A stretch of 64,000 bases of DNA. It comes from Phoronis australis. Lineage: Eukaryota > Animalia > Phoronida. The stretch covers positions 129,402-193,401 of the forward strand of contig NMRA01000143.1 in NCBI GenBank assembly GCA_002633005.1. The letters run 5' to 3'. The position numbers and the translations under genes were made by a program. Below, piece by piece: positions 26,320 to 38,284 of this stretch (position 1 is its first letter; every line of letters starts with the position of its first letter). The notes beneath the pieces were generated by a model. It did no database searches, was not told the DNA's origin, and worked only from the letters and a program-made list of their open reading frames with translations.

Positions 26320-27090
26320 TTACCTATTTTCGTCAGGCTCCAAAGTTCGTCCGCCATCTTGTTTCGCGTGCAGCGCAACCATGCGGGACTTAGCGTTCCA
26401 ATTTGGAGTGCTCGTGTGCACGTTAGGTACTAACTTATCGGAAGAGACACGTATCAAAGTAATGAGACAAAAATCGGTGAGTTTACCGATTGTTTTTTAA
26501 AACCACTTAAAAATCAGTAGATTTTACTAATACACTTTTTTGTGCGTTTTCAGAAGATGTTTTCGAATTTAAATTTTCTTCCGACGGGACACAAAACATG
26601 ATCCAGGGTTTGTTTATGCAATGTATCTGTTTTTCCCAGGCACTAGTAGGATCTAGAAGGCCAAAGGAAAAATCCGCAGACAAATGCGATACGCTGGGTT
26701 CTTAACATTTTGCCTCACGCATTCACCATTAAACTGCATTGAAATGTTGTCCAATTGGCTTTTATTGGAAACCACAGTGCAGAGCTCAACATCAAAGCTT
26801 CAAATCGAGTTTATGTCAATAAAAACAGGCTGTTGCAATTTTCATTACTTCGTTGGCCTTTTTCTGCATGTTTCTCAGTTTTTACAAAAGGGGGCAGCAT
26901 ATGACGAACTTAGGTGTCACAATAAAATGGCTGCCGAAGGCAGTGCACATTTGAAATAACTCGGCACAAATTAAAGAAAACTTCCGAATCGATGAATGCG
27001 GTATATCTGTGAGAGTTAAATCGAATCCTATTCAGATCATAACTTTGAAGTGGAATAATTCGGTGAGTACAACAGGAAGTCGGTTTTATG
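26320..27090. promoter_or_regulatory. Candidate bidirectional promoter region (POLK rightwards; leftward transcript towards ADAMTSL5)
   Basis: Relatively CpG-rich. YY1-type AAGATGGCGG on the minus strand (26351-26360) is followed by a donor at 26323. The plus strand has donors at 26427, 26477 and ~27063, AAAATGGCTGCC (~26924) and ETS-like CAGGAAGT (~27073). Confidence 0.5.
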
Positions 27091-27158
27091 CTTAGGCGGA
27101 CGAACATTGGGTTCCCCAGTATATATGGTATATGAGGTCGCAGCCCCCGCCTCGCTTG

Positions 27159-27736
27159 GTAGACAGTGACGGCAACGTCCTACTGGCTCGTGGGACGGTG
27201 GAGCTCCTTTAGGCCTTCATACGTCGAAATCTATTCGGCGAATTATGCCTTGCACTGACTAAATATCAAAGTCACATTGTTATAAATACCTTTTGCTCAC
27301 AAACGGACATCTTAGGCTTAAGCTTAGGAGGCCGTTGATGTGTGTAATTCCTTCCAACTCAAACAAATACTCCAGTTATCAAACTTTTTCTTCAAGCAGT
27401 CCCTCGTTAAGTTCCCAAAATTGGTCACTCGCCATTTTTAATACTGGTGCACGCAGTGTTAAAAATGTTGAGTTACCGATTTTGGGAACTGAACGAGGGA
27501 CTGCTCGAAGAAAAAGTTTGAGAACGGGAGTATTTGTTCGAGTTGGAAGGAATTAAATACATCAATGGCCTCCTAAGGTGTCCCTCTATGTGCAAAGGTA
27601 TTTATAATAGCGTATAGCGTTGATGTTTAAGTCGGTGCGAGTCATATTTCACCGAAAATCTTCCGGCATATGAAATGCCTATAGGAGCTTCACAGTCTCT
27701 GCTGCGGAGGCAGTACAGACTGTGGTCACTGTCTAC
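27159..27736. mobile_element. ~580-bp near-loopless fold-back palindrome (MITE-like)
   Basis: Ends GTAGACAGTGAC ... GTCACTGTCTAC. The arms align throughout (e.g. AAACTTTTTCTTCAAGCAGTCCCTCGTT / AACGAGGGACTGCTCGAAGAAAAAGTTT); centre CATTTTTAATACTG-gtgcacg-CAGTGTTAAAAATG. Confidence 0.75.
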
Positions 27737-27859
27737 TCGGTTGGCCTATACTTCCCATCACTTTCTGTACGAATTTCTATTATAGTTATACAAAAATGTT
27801 GCCCAACATTCCAGGCTCATCTATAGTCAGAATCCACAGGGGTAATCAAGCCTGTTGTT

Positions 27860-28050
27860 AATCTGGGTCTATAGTTACACAGTCTAAGTTGGACAGTTGT
27901 ATGAATAAGAGCAGGGTTCACAAAGAACTACTTTCACTGACTTTGAATGTCAATTTGAAAAGGCCTGTGTGTGTGTGTGTGTGTGACACTCCATGATTTA
28001 CAGCCATCTGCAAAATTCTAAGCCAACATGTCCACTAGTTACCCCCTTCA
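27860..28050 (-). repeat. Dispersed repeat family D (possibly SINE-derived), copy 1
   Basis: ACACAGTCTAAGTTGGACAGTTGTATGAATAAGAGCAGGGTTCACAAAGAACTACTTTCACTGAC and CCATCTGCAAAATTCTAAGCC...ACTAGTTACCCCCT recur at 35070-35270 (inverted) and partly at 59175-59280. Confidence 0.7.
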
Positions 28051-28485
28051 AGCTCAAAATGGCAAGTGACCTGGACCCCTCTAGATGGTAACCCTCTGGG
28101 TACATGCCTTATTATCCTAGAATTAGGTGCCTTACGTATGTTTTGAATCAATTTTAGATTTCCTCCGGCCAGAGATGGTCATTCTGGTAACAAGTTAAAA
28201 CACCACCATGGACTGCCATAAAGAAGCTGACTTATCCCTTGTGGAACACAGTGAAGGTGTGTCTGACAAGATGAGTTATGCATCTGTTGAATTTGTATTT
28301 TATTTTCTATTGCTTTATACGCTTTATGGTTTCTAATCAATTCCGCATTTTCTTTTAATGTCTCCATTGTTATTTTTCTTCATTGTGTGTGATGACTTAA
28401 CTTGAACTGTTAAACCTTTGCACAGTTAATTACACAAACTCTGATTTACTTCATAAATCTGCCCCCAGATGGAGCCTCATGCACC

Positions 28486-31400
28486 ATGAGTTGCAGTCCA
28501 GCCATTGTGTCTAGGATGAAATTGAATGACAATAAGGCCGGCATGGAGGGTCTTGACAGGGATAAGATAAACAAAATCATCTACGAAGCATCAAAGGGTG
28601 AGTGGGATTCTGACTTATCTGTAATTAAACCTTTTATGTAAATTCTCATATCAACCAAAATTATGTGATATCATAGAGTTTCTGTGATTTCACAAACTTT
28701 TGTGACAAATTATGACAAAACACAAATTGTCTGTCTACAGTTGCTTCAGGCTGTTAACGGGTTCTCTCCCAACCAAATTTTGTAACCTGTTGAAGCTGAC
28801 AAAAAGCTGTTAAAATTTAACTTTTGATTTACCTATAAAATTGGTTCACAGTTTTGTCTTGGGACAAGTGATTTCTGGGAAGTTCTCTGTTTTGTCATAA
28901 AGTGAGTTCACATCAACTTAGATATTTCATGGATGACCTGTATCTTCAATACAACACATTGTATATGTTCTTCAATACAACGTGACTGTAAAATATTGAC
29001 ATAAAGGGCGATACTATATTCTTTCATTTTGAGAAGAAACTGCTGAAATAAATGTTGAATCAGCTACGTACAAACTTCCTTTCCGTCCAGGAAGCAAACT
29101 TTTAATTTAGACTACTTGCCATTGTAAAATCACTTCCACTTCTTACTGAGTTGAGAAGTTGATTTCTGGGTTCGTAGTTAGATAACCCTTGAGTCAATGC
29201 TCGGTGCATAAAATGACAAGCCATGATAAGCCGACTTGCAGAGCTTGGTCTCAGGCAATAACAAAATTGTAGAGCTTGGTCTCAGGCAATAACAAACTTG
29301 TAGAGCTTGGTCTCAGGCAATAACAAACTTGCAGAGCTTGGTCTCAGGCAATAACAAACTTGTAGAGCTTGGTCTCAGGCAATAATTAACTATCAGCTCT
29401 TTTGAGGCTCATAAATGATCACCTCCACTTCGAATAAGGAACAATTTCAGACCAATTTCATAAAGATAAGTGGTCAAAATTAGAAGTTGTTTTTTGTGAT
29501 GTGCCTGTTGACGCTTTCATTGGAGGACTGGAAATTCGATATGACTGAGACAACAGTGTGTGTTGATTTACACCTAGTTGTATACATTGGTTTTGTCTGT
29601 GTAATCACTCGTATTGTAAAATTACAGGAGAGTATCAGATATTAATGAGTAGAAAACAAGTTGTTTAGTGTCGTTAGAGGATGGACAAATGTGTTACTTT
29701 CTCCGTCTGAGGAATCTTGTGTGGGAAGCTGTAGACTCTCTTCATTTTAGGTTCAAGTTTTTACAAGAACGAGCTGAAGAAGGAAGAACAGGTGAACAGA
29801 CGTATCGCCGAGCAGCACCGTCAGTTGAACTTGTTGACCCCGCAGCAGATACTAACTGGTGAACAGGAGGTGGGTCGTGGAGTTATGACAGTAAAACACG
29901 CATAGTGCGGACAAAGTTTGATAGTACAGTTATAGTTCGCACTAATTGTCTTAAGATAAGTTGAGTTTTGTCTTAAGTACTTGATAGGAATACTTGTACT
30001 GGTCTTGTTGGATATGAATTAAGTGAGTTTTAATGTTGTGCAGTCTGTCCTGAGGGATACTGACCACATGAGGGATACTGACCTCATGAGGGATACTGAC
30101 CACATGGGGATACCGACCACATGAGGGATGCCGACCACATGAGGGATGCCGACCACATGGGGGATGCCGACCACATGGGGGATGCCGACCACATGGGGGA
30201 TGCCGACCACATGGGACGTGCCGACCACATGGGACGTGCCGACCACATGGGACGTGCCGACCACATGGGGGGTGCCGACCACATGGGGGGTGCCGACCAC
30301 ATGGGGGGGTGCCGACCTCATGGGGGGTGCCGACAACATGAGGGATACCGACCACATGAAGGAGGGACACTGGCCTCGTAAGGACACTGACCTCAGGGTG
30401 CACTGACCTTGTGGGGGACGCTGACCTTGTGGGGGACGCTGACCTTGTGGGGGACGCTGACCTCGTGACCACACGTATTAGATAACATGGCTATTAACCT
30501 GAATTTTGTCAAAGGAACTTCATTTTGATTTGTAAAAATTACCCCTGCTTTCAAATTGGTCTCTTGTAACCATGCACAGTGCATAGACTGTCCCTCGGTT
30601 ACAAGCTGATGATTCTTCAATCTTTTCCAAGATAAAAAATTACCTCTTAATTTGACTAAGGAATAATTTGAGACCAATCTCATAACTGTAAATGGTCTGT
30701 ATCAAAAGTTAGTTTCTGTGGCAGGGGGCGCTAGTCTACTGCTCGATCTTTACCTTCTAAATTGTCTGTACAAAAGAAACATTTTAGACAGAACTGTGTC
30801 ACATCAATCCTTCATTTTTCAAGCAAGTCATGTGACAGCAAGTCATGTGACAGCCAAGGTTCGTGTGTCTGTAGTGCATGTTGTGTTCTAAACACTTATT
30901 ATAGGCTGACAAACTATTGGCACGTCTAGAGGCTGGGAGGGACCTGTCCCGTACTATTGTTCATATAGACATGGATGCATTCTATGCTGCGGTGGAAATG
31001 AGGGACAACCCTGATCTGAGGAACAAACCAATGGCGGTTGGGGGTAACTCTATGCTGGTTAGTATTGCCCAACAGTAGGAAATAGAAAATAGCATTATGC
31101 TATTTCTCTCTCTTAATTTCTAATATGATAATATAGTACCTGTCCCAGTTTAATTATGCTCAAGTATTAGTGATGGCGCTCTTGTTTCTCATACATATCC
31201 TCTGACAAAATGCAATGTACCCTGGAACGGGTCATGTTTATAATTACTGTTTTTATTGCTGTTAGTTGTGCTGTTTTTTCTTGTTTTTGTTGCTGTAAAC
31301 AGACCACAGCCAGTGAGTAACATGTTGCAGTTTCATTGGTTGGCTCATTTCATGGACCAGCTAGGTTTAAATTAAAATTCACACGTGATGTATTTGTGGC

Positions 31401-34400
31401 TGTGAATTTGTGAAAAAGGAGGATGATTTTCTTTAATTGCAGTCAACGTCAAACTACCTTGCTAGGCGTTATGGTGTCCGCGCTGCAATGCCTGGCTTCA
31501 TCGGTAGAAAACTCTGCCCCAGCCTTGTCATAGTTCCTTTGAACTTTGACAAGTACACTGCTGTGAGTAAACAGGTGCGAGCCATCATGGCAGAGTATGA
31601 TCCTAACTTTGCCCCCATGAGTCTGGATGAGGCCTACCTTGACATCACCGATTATTTGAAAAAGAGAGAGACAATGCCGGATAGCGAAAGGACATACCGA
31701 GTTAAACTCAATGCTAGTTTTGTCTGCACATGTGAAGGTAGGACTCTGTTGCACGAAACATGCTCTGAGACATCTGGTGAGCATTTTGTTCAACAGCCGA
31801 TTACTGCTCCATCTATTGGAGAAGTGAAAAACCCAGGTACAAATACTAATTATGTATCCAGAGCAGACAACAAAATTAAACTTGGGGAAGAAATTCAGAC
31901 TAACAGCTCGAGAAGTGGGAGTTGTCAAGTGGATGTCTGTACTTCGAAATGTGAGGTTGTAAGCAAGCGATGTCCTTTGTGTGGACTGTTTAGTGATGCA
32001 GAGGAATACAAAGAATTTGGTTTAGGTGCAGAAGAAACGGTGAACGAGATCAGGGCAAGAATCGAGGTAGAGACGTCGTTGACCGCGAGTGCAGGTGAGA
32101 GTTATCAAATGGCTACTGCCCACTCAGTGACATCTATCTGATGAACTTCTTGTTCAGACAATAGATGGCGCTTGTTGCTGGAGAGTAATATATAAGCTGA
32201 TGATCATTTGTTGCCATTCCTTGAGAATGAGCGTTTTGTCAGTAGGTAGATTAAAAATATGTGGCTCAATTTATGGGTGCTCACTCTTTGGGTAGTCATC
32301 ACAAGGTCCACCAGAAATTTTGGTGAGCCAATGTGTCAGTTAAGTAAATTTCAATTATAAATTCAACTGAATTTCAAGTCTATTCTTCTCTTGTAAGGTA
32401 TCTAGCAAACACTGTGTTTTCACTAACACTTCCTTTCACATTGCACGTCTTTTGAAGGAATTGCTCCCAATACAATGCTTTCAAAGGTCTGTTCAGACAA
32501 GAACAAACCCAATGGTCAGCATAGAATTCGACCTACACGCGATGAGGTCATGACCTTTGTGAATGACCTCCCCATCAGGAAGGTGAGAATTGATTGTAAT
32601 CTTTATAGTCTTAAAAGGCTTTTTTCTAGCAAATATATCATATTCCATGTGTGGTACAATGAACACAGGAGACATTTTCTTCTTTTGACAAAGCAGAATT
32701 TTGTAGGGTCCTTAATATACGTTCTACCTCTACCCAGATTTTGGATTAAGTGATGAACATTTTAAACAGAATCGTAATAGTGTATGACAATTTCATCATG
32801 TTCGTCAAACTGTCCAAATATAGAAGTTTTAAAAAATCAGAAGTCTCATGACAGCTGTCTAGTTGTGTGGAAAATTTGGAAATAAATTTTGAAAATAGGC
32901 TTTTTGAATTTCTGCGAAATATTTTTTTTTGTCATTAATGCAAAAAATCCCAGAATATGTTTTGCACCTGCTGTTTTATTGTTATTTGTGAAAGCAAATA
33001 CATGTACAAGCAGTATATACAGTTTCTGACACAACTGTTCCAATTTTACCGATTTTTTAAAAAAAGAATTTACACCAATCATCCTTTTAGGTGTGTGGAA
33101 TAGGAAAAGTGAGTGAGAAGTTGTTGAATGCCCTGGGTGTGGAGAAGTGTAGTGACCTTCACCACCAGAGGGCGATACTATACCACCTCTACTCCAAGGT
33201 GGCGTTTGAGAATTTCATGGAGATCTGCCTGGGCCTAGGCAGCACACGACTGGAGAAGTATGTGACTGTCTATATTAATGTTACCTAACTGACAGTGCCG
33301 TAATCTCATTAGTAATAATCTAAACATTTTAATATTATACTACTAATTCTTCAGTTATTTTGCACAAAAACAATTTAAAAGATCAGTAATTTTTCCTTCT
33401 TTATAAACCTTTTTTACACCTAGGCTATGTGGGTGCATATTACTGTCATCCTTTTCGAGGCGTCCACTGGTGTATTTCGTAGACCCGTCACAGGATCTCT
33501 ATTACATTTTGGAGAGATATGTTCTTGTGATGGTGAGGACGGATGTCGAGTTTCGGATCAATCCGACTACTGTTGGCCCCCATTTGTTACATTTGCCTCC
33601 TTCAGAGTTCTGTGAGAGATTTTCATGGAATTTAACAAATAGGTTTGTTTTAATGAGGCAATGGGGCCGTTCCATTTTTAAAGTATTTTTTGTACCATTT
33701 TTATAATTTCCAAGTCTGCTTTGTGAAAAATTAATAAAAGCATGAAGTTCCTGATCAATATTAACTAATACATTTTTTTGCAAAAGTTCATGAATTCGAA
33801 CCATAGAGTAACCTAAATTGACCTTTAGAAATCAAACTGAATAACAACTTTGGTGGCAGAAAGGTTACATACTCATTCTGAAAGAAATTCCACTGAAGGA
33901 GTCATCTTTTAGAGGCTTGTGTGCACCCGGAAGCCACTCATTGGCACACATAAATATTTTTAATTACAGTTTATTGACATTTACCGCAAAAGGGCAGCAG
34001 TTTTGTTGTGGCATGAAAATGAATAAATGTTTCAGTGACGGTGAGAGAAAGAGCATGAGTGTGGAGCGGACATTCTCGGAGATCTCCAAGCCTCAAGAAC
34101 TTTACAGCAAATGTCAAGAGCTGTGTGACAGTTTGTCTGAAGATTTGGTTGCTCGTGATCTAAAGGTAGACATGCTGCTTGTTTAATCTCAACCAGAATT
34201 TTCTTGTCAGAGCCCAGAGTAAATTCTGGCTTTCCGTTTTCAAAAATCAAGAAATTTGTTTCAACAGCCATCAAATTAGTTTTTTTCTTCCTATTTTGTA
34301 AATTAGCAAATTTTGTTTTACTATTTCAAAATGACGAGTAGCACAAAATAATGTGGGAATTGTTTTACTTTGGACGCTGAATTGTGCTGCTAACATGCTG

Positions 34401-37400
34401 CACACCATGTTTATTGTTTCTCAGAACTGGATAAAAACAGCGCCCCCTTCAGAAAGAGTAATCATGTGTGCTTCAAAAGGATCACTGATCATTTTTGGCC
34501 AGAATATAGTGAATTTCATGGAGTATATTAATTTTTTGATAATTGTGGGATTCTATAGTACTTTTTCTCTTGGTTACACAAAAAATATCAAGTAATCGAG
34601 TATCCGTTCAATTTGTTGCTCTAGTCAGCTGTAGATAGCTAAACAAGAGTCTTTGTATCAGAAGGGGTTCCTTTATTTATTCAACAATACTGAATCACAT
34701 CTAACAGGTATCTGTAATGAAACAACGAACACGGGTTAGCGAACAGTAATATAAAATAAATGGATATTCTCTAGGCTCTACAATTCTTGCCTCCTCATGA
34801 TTCAGATACAAAAGTTTTGCTCTTTGTAGAGTTTGGTGAAAGTGAATTCTTTAGTATTTTTGTGTGTAACAAAATGGGAAAATACTTTGGAATCACCCAA
34901 CTGACAACTAAAGTATCAGAATAATTATCTGAATTCCGTTCAAAACTTCTAATTCTGTGAAAGGAGTCAGATAGCATGAATTCTGTGCATTATCGGTGAA
35001 AACCAGAATCTCTAGCCCAGTTATCAAAGAATAATTAGCCTTTAGCAACTAGTAATGGGATCATTTTCATCTTAGAGGGGGTAACTAGTTTGCATAGCGG
35101 CTTAGAATTTTGCAGATGGTAGTAAATCGTGGGCGTCACTCACACACAATAGGTCAGTGAAAGTAGTTCTTGGTGAACCCTGCTCTTAGTCATTCAACTG
35201 TCTCAGTTAGACTGTGTGACTAAACACAGCTTAACAAATGGTTTATAGTCCTGGCTGAGAAGATAATTGTTTTATTACCCTGTATGGATTCTGACTAGCC
35301 AAGTCCAAATGATTAATGAATGAGTTCTTGTTCCAGGGCAAGACCGTTACTATAAAGCTAAAGACTGTCGACTTCAAGCAAATGACAAGAGCAAAGACTA
35401 TTGGGTGTCATACTAATGATAGTGAGGACATCTATCAGGCAGCCTCAGAACTGTTGAAGTCAGAAATTAAGATACACAATCCACTGAGACTTCGATTAAT
35501 GGGTAAACACAGGTTCTTGCACTCTCAATATTTTGTTGTTATTGTAACATAATGAGGTTTGATTATTCAAACAAAATTAGATTGTATTAACAAAATTTCA
35601 GTTTGGGAGTGTTCAGATTGTAAATGATTGACAAATTGTAATTCTCTCGGCTTTGTATAACACCACACGCACAACAGGCAGAGCCTTAGTTTTGCAGAAC
35701 AAATGTTAGTATAAAGAGCATGTGTTGTGACTGTCCAAGGGTTATCTTGGTGTGACGGCAACGTTATCAGTTTTGCCGTAGAAAGTCTCATATTTGTGAT
35801 TATTGATTGATGGGATAGACTTGTTGAAGTTATTATTGATGGATGGGATAGACTTGCTGAAGTTATTATTGATGGATGGGATAGACTTGTTGAAGATATT
35901 ATTGGTGGATGGGATAGACTTGTTGAAGTTATTATTGATGGATGGGATAGACTTGTTGAGGTAATTATTGATGGGTGGGATAGACATGTTGAGGTAATTA
36001 TTGATGGGTGGGATAGACATGTTGAAGTAATTGATTGATGGGATAAATTTTTTGAATGTATTAGTTTATTAGCCAGAATTTGATGTGGTTTTACAATTTT
36101 ATTGCAAATCGCCAATTCTCTCCGTTGCCTGCCTTACATTAGCTGGAATCAAGTTCTCTGACTTCACCAGGTAAAAATTCATAGGGTACTCTTCTGTTTA
36201 TCAAGTGGGGTTAGCTTTCCTAGCGGTGTTTGGCTGCAACAGTGGAACTCCAGGTTAGATTCTGCACTAAAGCGTATCTCGGAAATTCAGATAACGTTCC
36301 TTAAAACCAACATTATTTATCTTGTCCCTGCAGTTTTCACATCAGAATTTCTGTTCTTCCTTATCATCAAAATGTGAAATATTTCTGGAAATTGTTTCGA
36401 GTTTCCTGCATTTTACATGTCTTGATTCGTCATAAAACTGAATTGAAAGCTGGAAATGTTACAGTCTTGTTGTTGAAAATGATTCCAGATGTTCTTTAGA
36501 ATTTTATGATCAGAAGCCTCTGACTTATATTTTAGTTAATTATCTAACATTTTCACTCTAGGTGTCCGTCTGTCCGGTTTTGCCACTCAAGCTGACGCCA
36601 GGAATGAAAAAGGAACAATTAAAGGATTCTTCAAAACTTCTGACACAATGACTACTGTGACTCATGAACATGGTTTGAAGGATTCTGATGAACTAGAAGA
36701 TTTACAGCCCGCGTTTGTCAAAAACAAGTCTTCCATTAAAGAATATTTTGCTAACAAAAACTCATCAAGTGTCGTCTCAGGAGCCAGTAGGCTGGTGGTG
36801 AATGAAAAAGAGGCCAACGTTCGGGAAACGCAGCTGCCAGGTCCAAGCCACGACAAATCCAAGTCACTTGTTAAAATAGCAGCAAACTGTGGTACACTTC
36901 TGGAGGAATCAGAAAGCAGACGTTACAATTTAAAAGCCAGTGACGATGGTTGTAGTGGAGTGCAGGGTACTTTTGTTGGGTCAGCTGATACTGCTCCTGA
37001 TCTAATCACGCCCGCTCAGCTGATGTGCCCTGTGTGCAGTCGAGTGCAGCCAACCTTGAGCTTGGATGAGCTCAATGGCCACATTGACCAGTGCCTCAAC
37101 AGGTCAGCCATACAAGAAATCTTAAGCGGTGAGGGCAACTGTTCAGCAAGGTCTGAAGCGACTTCTTCAAGTAAAAGGTAATGTTCTAGTTGTTAAGGTG
37201 TTGGTGTAATTATCATGCGATTATCCTAATATGATAATCATATGATAATCACATGGTAATTCACTTGGGAAATTAGCCTGTACATGTTTTATCTGTCAGT
37301 CAGCATATGAAGTGGAATGGACTGCAATCCTCAAAACTTGATAGGTATAATGACCTTGGGCTGTTGATGACTGGCTGTAGATGACCCCAGGCTGTAGGTG

Positions 37401-38284
37401 ACCCATAGTAATTTTGACCTTTCAACTTTCTCTAGTTCAGTGGCCATTCCATAGTGATGCTGAAAATCCGATTATATGGTTCACCATTGTTTACTGGTGT
37501 GGGTAGCCTACTATTTGCAAACAGGACACATTTGTCAATTATGTACCAGCCACCTAAAATTCAGTTAAACATTTTCTGCCCACTAGCTAGAGCTAGGAAC
37601 CAGTGCTGGTTCCAGGGCTAGTGTGAATAGGTCTTTATCCATGTTTAGGGTTAACTATCAAGCAAAAGGTCAGGTAGTATGAGGTCATTTGCAATACACT
37701 GAAGAAGTTAATCTGTGGGACATAATTAATTGAGCCATCTCATGCTGAACTGTGTACTTGTAATAATAATAATAATCTTGTGAAAGTAACAAGTGATGGA
37801 GAGCGAGAGAAATTTGTAATGGAGGGCAGTGTGTCAAAGATCTCATTAAACATATTTATGACCTAACAGTTGCAGTTTGTTTTCTCTAGGACTTACTCCC
37901 AGGTTTTCTGTAAGATAAAAAAGATTTCACCTTTATCGCAATTTAACTTGACAATGTATTTTGTGTCAAATTTTGTGATCTACTCCTAATAAAAACCGGA
38001 AAGATGCGTTTGAGTTGAGCTTTTCATCAGTGATTGATGGTTTTCTGGTATGTCTTGTTCCTAACATAAATGTGGCTTTGCTTTATTGTTTTCCAAGCTC
38101 ATTCCATTCAGTATATTATTATTATTATGTCTAAATGGTGGTTTGAGCCTCAGTGCTCTGTCAAGGAGTGCACTCCTCCGTTTCACTTTTCAGGTCAAAA
38201 ACGCTGGCGGGCGCAAATCAACCTCCAAAAAAGAAACAGAAGACTAACACGGGAATGGTGAAAATTGACAGTTTTTTCAAGTAA
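28486..38284 (+). CDS. POLK: DNA polymerase kappa (Y-family, DinB orthologue); 10 coding exons, ~776 aa
   Basis: Exons: 28486-28597 ([26 protein letters not shown]); 29751-29869; 30905-31057 ([19 protein letters not shown]); 31443-32094 ([20 protein letters not shown]...MSLDEAYLD...TASAG); 32458-32582 ([20 protein letters not shown]); 33091-33257; 34036-34165 ([10 protein letters not shown]); 35337-35502 (GKTVTIKLK...LRLRLMG); 36562-37177 (UBZ CPVC...HIDQC); 38194-38284 (KKKQK NLS-like, PIP box KIDSFFK*). Phases are consistent, 2331 nt in total. The true start may be extended by an upstream exon (acceptor at 28468). Confidence 0.95.
29240..29384. repeat. Tandem repeat, 31-bp unit x~5
   Basis: AGAGCTTGGTCTCAGGCAATAACAAACTTGT. 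Confidence 0.9.
30051..30470. repeat. GC-rich ~18-bp minisatellite in a POLK intron
   Basis: GACCACATGGGGGATGCC variants; explains the overlapping repetitive ORFs at 29951-30474. Confidence 0.9.
35070..35270 (+). repeat. Dispersed repeat family D, copy 2
   Basis: GAGGGGGTAACTAGT...GGCTTAGAATTTTGCAGATGG...GGTCAGTGAAAGTAGTTCTTGGTGAACCCTGCTCTTA is the reverse complement of copy 1. Confidence 0.7.
35797..36046. repeat. Tandem repeat, 33-bp unit x~7
   Basis: GATGGGATAGACTTGTTGAAGTTATTATTGATG. Confidence 0.9.

Noticed and set aside
29240-29384. 31-bp direct repeats of CRISPR-like length (also 35797-36046 and 61630-61784)
   Set aside because: Units are contiguous with no unique spacers; eukaryotic context; no cas genes.
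29951-30474. Five overlapping repetitive ORFs (DADHMG, CGRHPP, PHVVGI repeats)
   Set aside because: Artefacts of an 18-bp intronic minisatellite; POLK splices cleanly across this region.
35567-36115. 182-aa ORF with [11 protein letters not shown] repeats
   Set aside because: Produced by a 33-bp tandem repeat on the antisense strand of a POLK intron.
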